A stretch of 64,000 bases of DNA, from positions 18,803-82,802 of IMG/VR virus record IMGVR_UViG_3300045988_103544. One strand, given 5' to 3'. The DNA comes from a virus. The notes beneath the pieces are model-generated. The model had not been told where the DNA came from. It was given only the letters and a program-made list of their open reading frames with translations, and ran no database searches. The translations under genes were made by a program, and so were the position numbers. Below are positions 20,664 to 31,204 of the stretch, piece by piece (within the stretch, counting starts at the first letter, position 1; each line of letters begins with the position of its first letter).

Positions 20664-22696
20664 AATTTATAAATATAAAGAGTTATTGTTGAATCATTAG
20701 CAAAAAGTTCTTGAAGCATAGGATAAACTACTCCATCCCAATCTCCTCCTGCTAATCCACATCCTAATTTATAAGGAATACCTACTTCTGTTACTTCTTC
20801 GTCCTCACAAAAAGCTTTTAAATTTAACAAAGCTTTTTTAAGAGCATTATAATCAGTATGTCTATTTTCAAAAGGAGCTATTGATTCAGTAAAAGAATAT
20901 TCTCCAAATAAATTAGCTACAAATTTAATAGGAAATTCTCCAGTTACACATATTTGACATTTACCTAATAAATTTTTAGAGTATTCAAAATTTTTACAAT
21001 AATTAGCATATTGTGTATATACGCTATTCCATTTATTTTTAATAGCTTTAGCTATACCTGCCCCCATTACTCCTAAACAATTAGTTTGATGGGCTATAAG
21101 AGGTAAATTTGACTGCAGTAAATCTCCATTAACAATTTCTATCATACTAATGTTGAATTTTACACGTTTACGAATTTCAGAAAGAGAATATTTTCTTACT
21201 AATTCTCCATCTACAAAGACTGTTTTAAGACAACCTTGCAGTTCTGCATTCTTAGTCTGCTGGTCATAAGCGACATACTTACCATTCTCTTCTTCAATTC
21301 TAATAAGACCTTTGAGAGAGTTCTTTGTTCCATCATCAGTCTTTGGATGCTTATAGATTTCTATAAGCTTTCCATTAATTATACAAGCAGTTGCTTTAAC
21401 TGCGAAACCCAAAGAATCTCTACTCTTAAATTGATAAGTATAAGATCCAATACCTAGAACAAGATTACAAGCTGCCATATGAGCGTTTTCCAATCTAGCA
21501 TAGATATCACGCTGACGCTCCAGAGTAATAGAATCTCCATAAAGTAATCCAACCTTGGTACTTGGATAACGATAGTCATTTACAGTAGTATTCCATCCAA
21601 AGATTTTTCCTAGCATATAATATGCTCCATAGTACTGACCTTCAGATACTTCTACATAATGATTTTCATCATCGTCCATAAATGGATTGAAATCACAGTA
21701 ATACTTACCTTCTTTCATAGCAGTATGATAGTGAGGATTTGTACGAAGACCACAAATAATGTCTACTGGATCACCACTATCAGGACGAATTACTACTCGA
21801 CCAACACGTTTCATAATATCTGCCTTAAGCTTAGGCAAGAATTTCTCAACTACCTGCCAAAAATCCCAAGTATCAGATACTATTGAGATAATACCTGTTG
21901 GATATAAGTCATTAATAAGACGGCAGTATGTTTCAATCTCACCATCCTCACCTCCTGCGCACATTACTGAATGTTCCGAAGCCGGAACAGTTGCAGCTAC
22001 AAGTTCTTCAGTAACATTTGCATTGTAATAATGTTCTACTGCTTCAATAGCAGGAATTGTTTCACTACCACAGAATGAAGTCATATGAGCCATACCAGAG
22101 ATAATAGCAGCATCAAGTCCTGCCATACCTCTCATTGAGAAATCGTGACAAGAGAAACCTAGATTTACTTCCTCTGGGAATCCAGTCTTTCTAGCATGTT
22201 CCATAAGTCTCTTTTTATAGAGACGAGCACTTGTTGCAGAAGTACAAGGAAGCCATAGAGTACAACTAATTAAAGTTTCCAAGTAATTAGTCAACCAAAA
22301 GAAGTCCGGAAGAGTGTTCTTAATAGTCATCATAGGTACTCTTATAGGACAGATAGAACCTTCAGGAAGAGCTTTAATTTCAATAGAAAGATATCCTAAA
22401 TCATAGAGTTCTTCAATATGCTTTGTCCCAACCTGGTTAAGGTCTACAAAGTTACCTACACGATAAGCAAATTGCTTAATAGCTTCTTCCTTAGGAAGAG
22501 CAAACCATTTGTTAAATTCCTCTATCAAATACTTCTTTACAAAGTACTGAATACCAAATACTACAGAACCTTCTGTAGCTTCTGGGAAGTAACGATTACT
22601 TCTAGGAGTCCAGTTACTATAGACCATTTGTGTACCCTCTGGGTACATACGATGATGACCAAGCTTGTAGCCATCAGTTGCATTAATAATTTCCAT
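20651..22696 (-). CDS. Nicotinamide phosphoribosyltransferase (NadV/NAMPT family) fused to a C-terminal macro domain
   Basis: 681 aa. The N-terminal ~480 aa is NAMPT-like. The C-terminus has the macro-domain signature IAHQTNCLGVMGAGIAKAIKNKW...GIPYKLGCGLAGGDW. Confidence 0.7.
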   Translation of the reverse strand: MEIINATDGYKLGHHRMYPEGTQMVYSNWTPRSNRYFPEATEGSVVFGIQYFVKKYLIEEFNKWFALPKEEAIKQFAYRVGNFVDLNQVGTKHIEELYDLGYLSIEIKALPEGSICPIRVPMMTIKNTLPDFFWLTNYLETLISCTLWLPCTSATSARLYKKRLMEHARKTGFPEEVNLGFSCHDFSMRGMAGLDAAIISGMAHMTSFCGSETIPAIEAVEHYYNANVTEELVAATVPASEHSVMCAGGEDGEIETYCRLINDLYPTGIISIVSDTWDFWQVVEKFLPKLKADIMKRVGRVVIRPDSGDPVDIICGLRTNPHYHTAMKEGKYYCDFNPFMDDDENHYVEVSEGQYYGAYYMLGKIFGWNTTVNDYRYPSTKVGLLYGDSITLERQRDIYARLENAHMAACNLVLGIGSYTYQFKSRDSLGFAVKATACIINGKLIEIYKHPKTDDGTKNSLKGLIRIEEENGKYVAYDQQTKNAELQGCLKTVFVDGELVRKYSLSEIRKRVKFNISMIEIVNGDLLQSNLPLIAHQTNCLGVMGAGIAKAIKNKWNSVYTQYANYCKNFEYSKNLLGKCQICVTGEFPIKFVANLFGEYSFTESIAPFENRHTDYNALKKALLNLKAFCEDEEVTEVGIPYKLGCGLAGGDWDGVVYPMLQELFANDSTITLYIYKLCNN

Positions 22697-23186
22697 TAAT
22701 TGATTCTTTTAATGTTAAACCTATACTATATTTATAAAACACTTCAGTTATATAACTCTTAGTTTTTTTGTGGATTTTCATATGAGGTTGTTGTTTAAGC
22801 CACCATGTATATTCTCTTCTAGGGTCAGCTCCATATGTTTTAGCTGCTGCTAAATAATCACATATAAGTTCTAGAACATATTTTTTAGGCATTTTAGCAG
22901 GAATTCCTCCATTATCTAAGGAATGTATCCAATATTCATAATGGTGAGGATTCCTCCCTCTATGATGAAGGAATGTTTGACTATATCCTAGTATTCTACA
23001 CTCATTCGCTAAAGAGCTCATTTTATCATCCCAATACTTAATAGCTCTTGAAAATTCTGTAAAACTAAATTTAGACAAATCATGAGTAATACCTTGCCAA
23101 TATAATCCTATTTGAAAGCAATATTTAGCAACATAATACTTATGAGTTAAGATTCGCTTTATTAATTTCAACCAAACTAAGTTCAT
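22683..23186 (-). CDS. hypothetical protein (possible HD-domain)
   Basis: 167 aa; an isolated H...HD(L)SK pattern; weak. Confidence 0.35.
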   Translation of the reverse strand: MNLVWLKLIKRILTHKYYVAKYCFQIGLYWQGITHDLSKFSFTEFSRAIKYWDDKMSSLANECRILGYSQTFLHHRGRNPHHYEYWIHSLDNGGIPAKMPKKYVLELICDYLAAAKTYGADPRREYTWWLKQQPHMKIHKKTKSYITEVFYKYSIGLTLKESINGNY

Positions 23187-24391
23187 AATGCTGATAATTT
23201 ATTTATATAAATATCTGAATATTTCTTTCCAAGTTTTTGCATTATACTATAGAAACTTCTTCTAAAACTGCTATCTTTCATACACAATATCTTTATATTA
23301 GAAATTAAATCTTCTGGTATATGTGCTTCAGAATATTCTTTAGACACTATTTCAGAAGATTTAATTAATTCTACTAATAAAGATACTTGATTAGCTTTTT
23401 GATAATTCATAAGTGAAAATCCCTAATTGCTGTATAATATCCTAGAATAAAAAGTCTTTACACTTTCCTAACTCTCTATTAAACATTAATAGATATATAG
23501 GAGACTCTGCAATTAATGTTTTCCAAGCTTTATTTACTTTTATTTCAAGAGTATCTGAATTCATAATCCTTCTTTTTCTAAGGAATTCCAATAGTCTGCT
23601 TCTAGATCATTCCAATAATCATCTAGATCACTTATAATATCTGTTAGATTTTCCATCAGGTATACAATATAAAATTAGCAATATAATACAGAGTATAATT
23701 ATAAGTCCTATTCCTATTAAGAATGGGCTAAAAACAACTAACCATGAAATATTTGAATGTAGAATAACTTTAGCAACTAATAAAATAATAAAAGTTACTG
23801 GAATAACCCATCCTCCACATCCTAAATTCACATTTACTTTATCACTTGACATTGTCTAATAGAGATTTTATATAATCAATAGATTCCTTCACAGAAAGAT
23901 AGTCACCACTCTTTAACATTACATAAGAGCTTTCTCCAGCTTTTTCTACTACGGAAATATCATCTACGGCTATTAAATATCTTCTATTAATATTGTCATT
24001 GTCTAATGTTAAATCAATAAACACATTTAATCATATTAATAATTTTCTATAATAATCATCTACGTTATGATAAGTAAGATACTATAATACTATAAAGATT
24101 TAATCCTAGTACAGATCGTTTCTACAGCATTATTAAACTCTTGCTTATTACTATCTAAAATAGTTTCTCTTAAAAACCCTAAATATGAAGTACTACGACT
24201 AGTAATAGATGGTAATTTAAGATTTACTACAATACATTTATTACCATCTATTCTAATTCGTAATGCTCCACACTTTTTATACTTAACCATTTAAATTAAT
24301 AAATATTAGTAATGCTAATACGAAAATAGGGACTAATAAGATAAACTTACTAGTCCCTTCTCCTTGCCATCAAAGGCTTCTACAATTTCTT

Positions 24392-24820
24392 TTAATGTCG
24401 TCTGTTCATCATATAATTAAAAAATTTATTTTTTGGAAGAGTTCTTAATAATTTTAAAGTATCACTTGCGTAGAAATATCCATCAGTATAATAGTGACTT
24501 CCTTCAGGAATTATAAATAAACCTATAGTATCAATAGATTCATCAATATCAAAACTATTATGTGTATCTCCACGACATTCATATCTTCCAGCATAAGGAC
24601 TTACTATCTTTATATTATATCCAAAAGAATGTAGTCCTATATCTACAGATACACTATTCTTATTTCTGTCTAAGTATGATGTATAAGTTTCTCCTATATT
24701 ATATCTATAATTAAATATTGGTGAATAATAACCTAACCTACCATAATTTATTAGAGCTTTCCATACATATATGTTAGAAGTAGCTACACATTCTTCTTTA
24801 TATCGCAAATATAAACACAT
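24392..24820 (-). CDS. hypothetical protein (142 aa)
   Basis: Minus ORF. Confidence 0.4.
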   Translation of the reverse strand: MCLYLRYKEECVATSNIYVWKALINYGRLGYYSPIFNYRYNIGETYTSYLDRNKNSVSVDIGLHSFGYNIKIVSPYAGRYECRGDTHNSFDIDESIDTIGLFIIPEGSHYYTDGYFYASDTLKLLRTLPKNKFFNYMMNRRH

Positions 24821-24851
24821 TATTTAGGAATTTTAACTTTACACATCTATA

Positions 24852-25163
24852 TTAATTATCACCCAATAAACCTAATTCTTCCAATTTAGAAGTATCATTG
24901 ATATGTATATCTAATGGGTACTCTACATTTTTAATATCCCTCATAAATTCCATATGTGTAGCTCCATAATAAGCATCTGAATAAGCTTTTCGTAAAAGCT
25001 TTAAAAATAGATCAGTAGATAAAGTAATAGTTCCATTAACTTCTTCTAACCCTTCTAAATACTTACGACACCATTCATATGATGCAACTTTGGCTGTAGG
25101 TTGTGAAGTGCACATAGCAAAGCCATCAAAATCAGGACATTCTGGACATTTTAACTTAGCCAT
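24852..25163 (-). CDS. hypothetical protein (103 aa)
   Basis: Minus ORF. Confidence 0.4.
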   Translation of the reverse strand: MAKLKCPECPDFDGFAMCTSQPTAKVASYEWCRKYLEGLEEVNGTITLSTDLFLKLLRKAYSDAYYGATHMEFMRDIKNVEYPLDIHINDTSKLEELGLLGDN

Positions 25164-25170
25164 AATTAAT

Positions 25171-25554
25171 TTATTTAAGAATTTTAACTTTTACATGTTT
25201 GATACTGATTCGTTTAGAATTTTTGGGGTGTATTAATATATCAATACGATGTTTAAATCGTTTATTAGTAATATCTCTAACTTCATATATCCCAAATCCT
25301 TCTATAAATACTTTTTTAGGTTTATTCTTTGGAAATAAATAAAGTAAATCACGAGATATAGCACACCACTTAATTTTATTATGTTTTAAATGGTGTAAAT
25401 TTATTTTAGAACCATCAGCTGTAACTAATGGTTTATTATCACACTGACTCTTTACTGGTTGATAACAAGTAAGAGTTACATGAGTTACAGTTTGAGCAAT
25501 ACTTTTAGTGCATAAGAAACATAATAATATTAATATAAATTTAAATCTTCTCAT
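25171..25554 (-). CDS. secreted hypothetical protein
   Basis: Signal peptide MRRFKFILILLCFLCTKSIAQ. Confidence 0.45.
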   Translation of the reverse strand: MRRFKFILILLCFLCTKSIAQTVTHVTLTCYQPVKSQCDNKPLVTADGSKINLHHLKHNKIKWCAISRDLLYLFPKNKPKKVFIEGFGIYEVRDITNKRFKHRIDILIHPKNSKRISIKHVKVKILK

Positions 25555-25569
25555 TATAAATAATCTTTA

Positions 25570-25971
25570 TTAGTTATGGTATATATTACCACTCATAGTA
25601 CTAACATTTCCACCAACATTACCACAAGTAACATCGCCACTCATTGTTAATACTCCACCTTTAACGTCTTTACAGGATACATCACCACTAGTTGTATTAA
25701 CAGTTGAAACATCCCCTGTAATTGAGACATCCCCACTATCAGTACGTACACTAGCTACATTACCTTCTATTTTTACTTCTATAGATGGACTTTTAAGATC
25801 TTCTCTTAAATTTCCATTTACATAAATTTTACCATTATTAATACTAATGGTTTGTGCTCCTTCTATTTTAACATTGTTAATCCAAGTAGCACCATTAACA
25901 CCATTTAATGTTGTTTTAATTGTGTTAATTATTCCCATAATATATAAAATTTTTAAAATGTATACAAACAA
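25570..25971 (-). CDS. repeat-containing beta-rich protein (SGDV repeats)
   Basis: Repeated SGDV(S/T) motifs typical of beta-helical fibrous proteins. Confidence 0.4.
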   Translation of the reverse strand: MFVYILKILYIMGIINTIKTTLNGVNGATWINNVKIEGAQTISINNGKIYVNGNLREDLKSPSIEVKIEGNVASVRTDSGDVSITGDVSTVNTTSGDVSCKDVKGGVLTMSGDVTCGNVGGNVSTMSGNIYHN

Positions 25972-25999
25972 AAAAAAAAGTCGAGCTTATTGCCCGACT
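25971..25999 (-). terminator. Rho-independent terminator
   Basis: Minus-strand hairpin AGTCG-11nt-CGACT followed by T9. Confidence 0.45.
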
Positions 26000-26406
26000 C
26001 AACATCAGTAAGTACCCCTTTGGTACTTACAAATTAAATAATAAGATTAAATAATTGGAGGCATGTATAATCTACAATACTGATTAGCATACCAAGTCCA
26101 ACCCTTCTTAAATGCTTTTAAAGTTCTTTTTAAAATTTTCATCATAATAAATCAAATTTAAAGTTTAACTTATAAAATATCTAGGAGGAGAGTTTAAAAA
26201 ATTAAGAATCCCAGGTAAATCACCCCTGTTAGAGACAATCTTATGGTCTCTATTTTTATTATTTAGGATTCTATAGGAATGCAAAAAACCATCGAATCAT
26301 TCCAGTTCGTAGGTTCTACGACACCTAATAGGCGAGTATGCATCGTTGAGAGGCACCCTATAAGTTACGTTGCTCCTGTAACTAGTATTCTAGAGCTTTA
26401 TCATAG

Positions 26407-26484
26407 TGCAAGATGTGGGAATCAAACCCACGCAAGCCTTCTGGTTGGAAGCCAGATATGCGCCTTCAGCTACACTAATCTTGC
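26407..26484 (-). tRNA. tRNA-Gly (anticodon TCC)
   Basis: Cloverleaf folded by hand: acceptor GCAAGAT/ATCTTGC, anticodon stem TCTGG/CCAGA, loop CTTCCAA, T-arm GTGGG-TTTGATT-CCCAC. Confidence 0.65.
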
Positions 26485-26486
26485 AT

Positions 26487-26825
26487 TTATTTATAAGATA
26501 TCTTTCCAACGCATGAAGAATAAGAAATTTTTTTATTATTATCTTCTAATATATAATAATAATCCTCAAATGTTTCTTGAATACCTTTAAAGACATATTC
26601 TTTATTCATATGCCCATCCATATAACAGGTTTTTCCTACATTAAGTAGTTCTTCTTTTACCCATTTTGGAGCATCTTCAGGAACATTGTCTACAGAATAA
26701 TAATTCCCTATTACTTCATACATTAATTTATTTATTAATTGTTGGAAAGTCTTCATTAAAATAGGAACATCTTCAGTTTTATACTTTAATGTTTCTAAAT
26801 TGTCTGTATCAATAGTTATTTCCAT
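26487..26825 (-). CDS. hypothetical protein (112 aa)
   Basis: Minus ORF. Confidence 0.4.
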   Translation of the reverse strand: MEITIDTDNLETLKYKTEDVPILMKTFQQLINKLMYEVIGNYYSVDNVPEDAPKWVKEELLNVGKTCYMDGHMNKEYVFKGIQETFEDYYYILEDNNKKISYSSCVGKISYK

Positions 26826-26843
26826 AAATATTTAATTTAATAG

Positions 26844-26917
26844 TGGAGCGTAGGAGATTCGAACTCCTAAGAATGCCTGCGTGCAAAGCAGGTGCTGACC
26901 ATTTGAGCCGACGCCCC
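26844..26917 (-). tRNA. tRNA-Ala (anticodon TGC) with G3-U70
   Basis: Acceptor GGGGCGT/ACGCTCC (G3.U70), anticodon loop TTTGCAC, T-arm GGAGTTCGAATCTCC. Confidence 0.75.
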
Positions 26918-26927
26918 AAATTGGAGA

Positions 26928-27404
26928 TTACTCTCCAGTTAATTGTTTTATTTTAAGTTTAGCTTGTGTTAATTCATATACTAAATCAGATATAGTTTTT
27001 TTATTATCTTTAAGATGTTTTTTGAGAGCTTTAATAGCTAATTTCATGCTATTAAAGTCTTTCAAATTATTTGCTATAGATTCTAATTCTCTAAAAGACT
27101 TAGTATTATCAAATAAAGATATATTAACTTTAGCTCTTAACTCTCTAATTTTAAGATTCTGTTTCTCAATCTCATTTTCTAAAGACTGAATCTTATTATT
27201 TAAAGATTCTATACCAAGTCCATTTTCTAATTCATCTATATAGGATTCTAATTCTCCGATTTTTTGTTCTAATCCAGCATAATGCTTTTTTCTTTCAGCA
27301 TCATACTCTTTAAACCTATTTATTTTGCTTTTTAAAACAGCTATAATAAAATCCTTTTTATCATAAAAGTTTGCGTCAGATTGATAATTAAAAGTTTTTT
27401 TCAT
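26928..27404 (-). CDS. coiled-coil hypothetical protein (158 aa)
   Basis: Minus ORF rich in heptad-like K/E/L. Confidence 0.45.
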   Translation of the reverse strand: MKKTFNYQSDANFYDKKDFIIAVLKSKINRFKEYDAERKKHYAGLEQKIGELESYIDELENGLGIESLNNKIQSLENEIEKQNLKIRELRAKVNISLFDNTKSFRELESIANNLKDFNSMKLAIKALKKHLKDNKKTISDLVYELTQAKLKIKQLTGE

Positions 27405-27427
27405 ATTATTTATTTTTTTTAATTAGT

Positions 27428-27497
27428 TGTGGGTATTGGACTCGAACCAATGACCGTTTGCTTATGAGACAAACAAGCTACCACTGCTACAACCCAC
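27428..27497 (-). tRNA. tRNA-Met/Ile2 (anticodon CAT), copy 1
   Basis: Anticodon stem TTTGT/GCAAA, loop CTCATAA, T-arm ATTGG-TTCGAGT-CCAAT. Confidence 0.6.
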
Positions 27498-27507
27498 GAT
27501 ATTAAAG

Positions 27508-27579
27508 AGCTTCAAGTAGGATTTGAACCTACGACCCGCACTTTACAAGAGTGCTGCACTACCACTGTGCTATTGAAGC
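27508..27579 (-). tRNA. tRNA-Thr (anticodon TGT)
   Basis: Acceptor GCTTCAA/TTGAAGC, anticodon stem GCACT/AGTGC, loop CTTGTAA, T-arm GTAGG-TTCAAAT-CCTAC. Confidence 0.75.
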
Positions 27580-27593
27580 TTAAATAAAGGCGA

Positions 27594-27641
27594 ATATGGC
27601 ATTAGACGGGCGAACTATCGTGACCATATTCTAATAATACA
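27594..27641. other. 8-bp perfect hairpin (GAATATGG...CCATATTC) with 24-nt loop in the unassigned 130-nt spacer between tRNA-Thr and tRNA-Asp
   Basis: Perfect inverted repeat; the spacer could not be folded into a tRNA. Confidence 0.3.
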
Positions 27642-27724
27642 TTGAGCTATCAGGCATACTCGTGGATCGCCACCGCTACCTCTAACAACCGCCTAGTTAA
27701 ATGCTAGGTCCTCTCCATTATTTG

Positions 27725-27801
27725 CGGAATATAAGGGACTCGAACCCTTAGTTTTACTAGAGTGACAGTCTAGTTCCCTTACCAACAGGGCTTAATACTC
27801 C
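27725..27801 (-). tRNA. tRNA-Asp (anticodon GTC)
   Basis: Acceptor GGAGTAT/ATATTCC, anticodon stem CTAGA/TCTAG, loop CTGTCAC, T-arm AAGGG-TTCGAGT-CCCTT. Confidence 0.7.
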
Positions 27802-27812
27802 ATGTGTCTTTG

Positions 27813-27883
27813 CGCCTAGACTAGGATTCGAACCTAGGAACCTTTCGGGGCAAGTTAACAGCTTGCTGCCGTTGACCACTTGG
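27813..27883 (-). tRNA. tRNA-Asn (anticodon GTT), unusual 12-nt variable region
   Basis: Acceptor GTCTAGG/TCTAGGC with two G.U pairs, anticodon stem GCAAG/CTTGC, loop CTGTTAA, T-arm CTAGG-TTCGAAT-CCTAG. Confidence 0.45.
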
Positions 27884-27904
27884 CTACCTAGACGAAAGTC
27901 CTGA

Positions 27905-28060
27905 TTAATCAGGACATACAGTTGAATCAATAGCAGTAGTATCAACTACTGTAGTATCAACATTAATAGAATCATTTGAAGTTGAATTTACTGAATTATT
28001 TGAACCAGTAGAACAACTCAAGAGTGTAAATAACACACTAAATACAAGTAATTTCTTCAT
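27905..28060 (-). CDS. small putative lipoprotein (51 aa)
   Basis: MKKLLVFSVLFTLLSCSTG lipobox-like signal; not in the track because <60 aa. Confidence 0.35.
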   Translation of the reverse strand: MKKLLVFSVLFTLLSCSTGSNNSVNSTSNDSINVDTTVVDTTAIDSTVCPD

Positions 28061-28134
28061 TTTTTATTCTTTTTTATCGTATTGACTATTATAAATCTAA
28101 ATTTTATTATTCAAAATATAATTTTAATAAAATT

Positions 28135-28175
28135 TAAAAATGAACCGAGAACTTCCCAATTCTCGGTTCTGTGTA
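28135..28175 (-). terminator. Rho-independent terminator
   Basis: Minus-strand hairpin ACCGAGAA-8nt-TTCTCGGT followed by a T-run. Confidence 0.4.
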
Positions 28176-28727
28176 CTAAGGTAAGTACGACCCTTCCAAT
28201 TTCATGTTGAAATCTTCAAAAAAGTCAGTATATTTATAGATATATACATCTGGGAATCAGGTTAATCGTGAAATTCGTAACTATAACAGTCCTAACCCGT
28301 TTGTGATATAAATATAATTTAACTATAAAAATTATAAAAGTTAATTTTTGTTTACTTTATTATTTTTAATTAAATTATTTATTTCTGTCTCTGTGAGTTC
28401 TATCTTGTAATCCCCATAACTTAAAGAATAATTAAAATCAAATAAATAGACAAATTTATTATCTATATATTGAGCACATTGTGGAATTACACTAATATTA
28501 ATAACTGTAAATTTAATATTGTCTAAGACAATACTTTCATACAATTTAAATTTGCTAGTCATAATAAACCAAAAGAGGGAACTCTAAATAGAGTCCCCTC
28601 AAAAGATTGAGTTTCCTTTTAATTATCACGACTATAATTCACGTTTCACAACGTTCAATAAGTATTCCTTATTACTGATGCTATTATAGTTGTGAATTTT
28701 TTTTCTAAAAATAAAATCTTAAAAATT

Positions 28728-29096
28728 TTAATTCTGAATCATAGCACGAAGCTCTTCAATAGATTTATTCTCAAGAGCTTCGTCCTCTTTCTTTGCGATA
28801 AGCTCAGCAATACGTTTGTTACGAGCATCAATCTGTGCTCTATTAATATTGTCTTTACGAGCCTTTAATTTAATATTAATTACATCTTTTACGATGCTGA
28901 AACGAAGTTCATCATCATTTTCTTCAGCTGGAAGCTCTTCAATGAAAGACTTCTTAGGAGCCTCACTAATTTTCTTATCCAGCATAATAGCTAAAGTGTT
29001 AAGATTCTGCAGAGATAAGTCGAACAAATCTTCTGTAGTAATCATACCCTTGTTTGTCTTAAAACGTAATTTCTTTTGTAATGCTTCTTTGTACAT
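28728..29096 (-). CDS. hypothetical protein (122 aa)
   Basis: Minus ORF. Confidence 0.45.
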   Translation of the reverse strand: MYKEALQKKLRFKTNKGMITTEDLFDLSLQNLNTLAIMLDKKISEAPKKSFIEELPAEENDDELRFSIVKDVINIKLKARKDNINRAQIDARNKRIAELIAKKEDEALENKSIEELRAMIQN

Positions 29097-29108
29097 TGTT
29101 GTTAATTA

Positions 29109-31094
29109 TTAAATGTTTACTTTATAAATTTTACCTGAGTCTACTCTAACCATAAGTGAATTACGAGAAGTAGCTATAAATCCTAAACCACTCATCTGAT
29201 TATCATCATAAGGAGTCAAAGCTTTAGATGCTAATACTTCAAATACTCTCTTATGATTTTTAGTGAGTTCGTCTTTAAGATATTCATTAAAATATCCACG
29301 AACAGCATCTGGATTCTTACAATCCTTCAGCATAAAGAAATAGTGCTTAGCACCTACCTTATTATTTCCCCAGTAATTTGGAGATAAACATATAGCAGAC
29401 ACTTCAACAAAGTTTTGAGTCTTTACTCCCCAAATTTCTTTAGATGCTGTAGTACTACTCAAATGTTCCTTAGTAAAGATAACTTCATGTCCATTAGAAG
29501 TAAAGTCTAATACTAAAACATCGCTTTTATGAGGGACGTCTTTATCATACACATAAGTATGAATAACTCCATTGAGCTCTACTTCTACTTCAAATCCTAA
29601 ATCAATATTTTCAACTTTAGCAAAGTTGTTAACAAATACTTTATAAGTACCTGCTTTAGGAATTCCTGAGAAAATGATATTTTCTACAGCATTGCGAGAG
29701 AATTTCTTAGGATTATTACGTTCTTCAAAAGCACTACCTCCACAGGCATTCATATCTACATCAAGAAGGTCTGCTTTATTACCATAATAAATGTGTCCAT
29801 AAGGACTATCCATATGTAAATCTAAATCATCGTAATTATACCAATGAAGAGAGATTCTCATATAGCCATCTACCTTACCTCCTACTTCTTTAACACGTTG
29901 TTTAATAGCATCAGAGATATTACCATTATATGCCCAAGCAAACCCATTATTCCATTTAAACATAGAAGGAGCTTCTTTATTAACTGGGGCAGTAAGAGTT
30001 ACTAAATTATTATTTAACTTATTGTCAAAGAATAATTCAAGCTTACTAGCCTTAGAAACAATATTATTAAGGAACTCTTCCATAGTTGTTGGAATCGCAG
30101 TCTTCTCAAAGTCTGTAGCAGTTTTGCTAGTATTAGAAGTTTCATTCATAAGAGAATCAAATCCTCCTAACATTCTCTTACGAGTTTCTCTATTTACAAA
30201 GATAACATCTTCAATAGATATATCTTCTACTTTAGCATGACGACGCTCTAAAGAATCTTCATAGCCAAGTTCTACTACAGTTTTATAAGCATTTTCTACC
30301 TGAGTTTTAGTGATAATACCCTTAGGTCTCTTATAATTATAAGGAGCAACCATAGCTTCAAACTTCTTAACTGAACTTTCAACATTGTTAGTATCAGTTA
30401 TGTCTTTAAGAAGCTGACCTATAGCACTATTAAGTATATGTGTTACAGCATCAGGAAGTACACAAGAAGATATCCAAGTATAATTATCTAACTCAAAACC
30501 TTCCAAGTGCTTATTCTCTATTGTATCAAGAGCAGTCTTTAAAGCACTCACTTGACGTAGATAAGTGTCACCTCTATAGAGGTTATCATCTGCAATTAAG
30601 TTTAATACTGTTTGTACAGAATTATAGTTAATTTCAGATAAAGTTCTTATCCATACATCATGTGAAGATTTAGCACCTGCACGGAATGTTGGAGTCTGAG
30701 ACTTATCCATAATTAAATTACTTGTAGGAGTAGCATAAAAATGATTCCAAGTAATTATTTCTTTAGAAGGTAATATCTGCTGATTACATTTACAACCCAT
30801 TGTAGTCTCTTCTGTAACAAATGCATTTCTAATTTTAGTATTTTTAAGCACTTGTAACATATTGTCTACAACTTTAGCAAACATTCCTTCAGCGTGAACA
30901 TCCTCCCAGTAAGAATGTATTTTATAGTTCTCATCTACAGAGACTAATGCTCCATAGCGAGTAATGAAATGTTTACAATTTACACAGTTAAATTCTTGAC
31001 GTACGGCTCCTTCAGGGAAAGATTCCATATAAGCCATCCATAAAAACTCTTTTTGAGTGTCAAGAATAAAGAGATGTTTGTTCTCTTTAATCAT
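29109..31094 (-). CDS. large hypothetical protein (661 aa)
   Basis: Long minus ORF; contains GKVDGYMR (KxDG-like), not enough to call a ligase. Confidence 0.55.
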   Translation of the reverse strand: MIKENKHLFILDTQKEFLWMAYMESFPEGAVRQEFNCVNCKHFITRYGALVSVDENYKIHSYWEDVHAEGMFAKVVDNMLQVLKNTKIRNAFVTEETTMGCKCNQQILPSKEIITWNHFYATPTSNLIMDKSQTPTFRAGAKSSHDVWIRTLSEINYNSVQTVLNLIADDNLYRGDTYLRQVSALKTALDTIENKHLEGFELDNYTWISSCVLPDAVTHILNSAIGQLLKDITDTNNVESSVKKFEAMVAPYNYKRPKGIITKTQVENAYKTVVELGYEDSLERRHAKVEDISIEDVIFVNRETRKRMLGGFDSLMNETSNTSKTATDFEKTAIPTTMEEFLNNIVSKASKLELFFDNKLNNNLVTLTAPVNKEAPSMFKWNNGFAWAYNGNISDAIKQRVKEVGGKVDGYMRISLHWYNYDDLDLHMDSPYGHIYYGNKADLLDVDMNACGGSAFEERNNPKKFSRNAVENIIFSGIPKAGTYKVFVNNFAKVENIDLGFEVEVELNGVIHTYVYDKDVPHKSDVLVLDFTSNGHEVIFTKEHLSSTTASKEIWGVKTQNFVEVSAICLSPNYWGNNKVGAKHYFFMLKDCKNPDAVRGYFNEYLKDELTKNHKRVFEVLASKALTPYDDNQMSGLGFIATSRNSLMVRVDSGKIYKVNI

Positions 31095-31204
31095 CTTATT
31101 ACATGCTTCTGTAACAAGATTTCTAAAATCTAAGTATTCAATAAAATTTTTAAAAGTTAGAAAAAGAGGAAGAGAATAATCTCTTCCTCTGTGATACTTA
31201 ATGT

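Noticed and set aside
26280-26400. TCTAGAG on the plus strand (CUCUAGA in minus sense), considered as a possible CUA anticodon loop of a second suppressor
   Set aside because: Flanking sequences do not form a 5-bp anticodon stem and no acceptor or T-arm could be assembled; the region does contain hairpins (AGTTAC...GTAACT, TCGTAG-AAC-CTACGA), but they were not folded into a tRNA
26279-26590. Plus-strand ORF of 103 aa in the track
   Set aside because: It runs antisense across tRNA-Gly (26407-26484) and an RNA-like region, with no start context; artefact of an AT-rich frame
27757-27945. Minus-strand ORF of 62 aa
   Set aside because: Entirely covered by tRNA-Asp and tRNA-Asn genes
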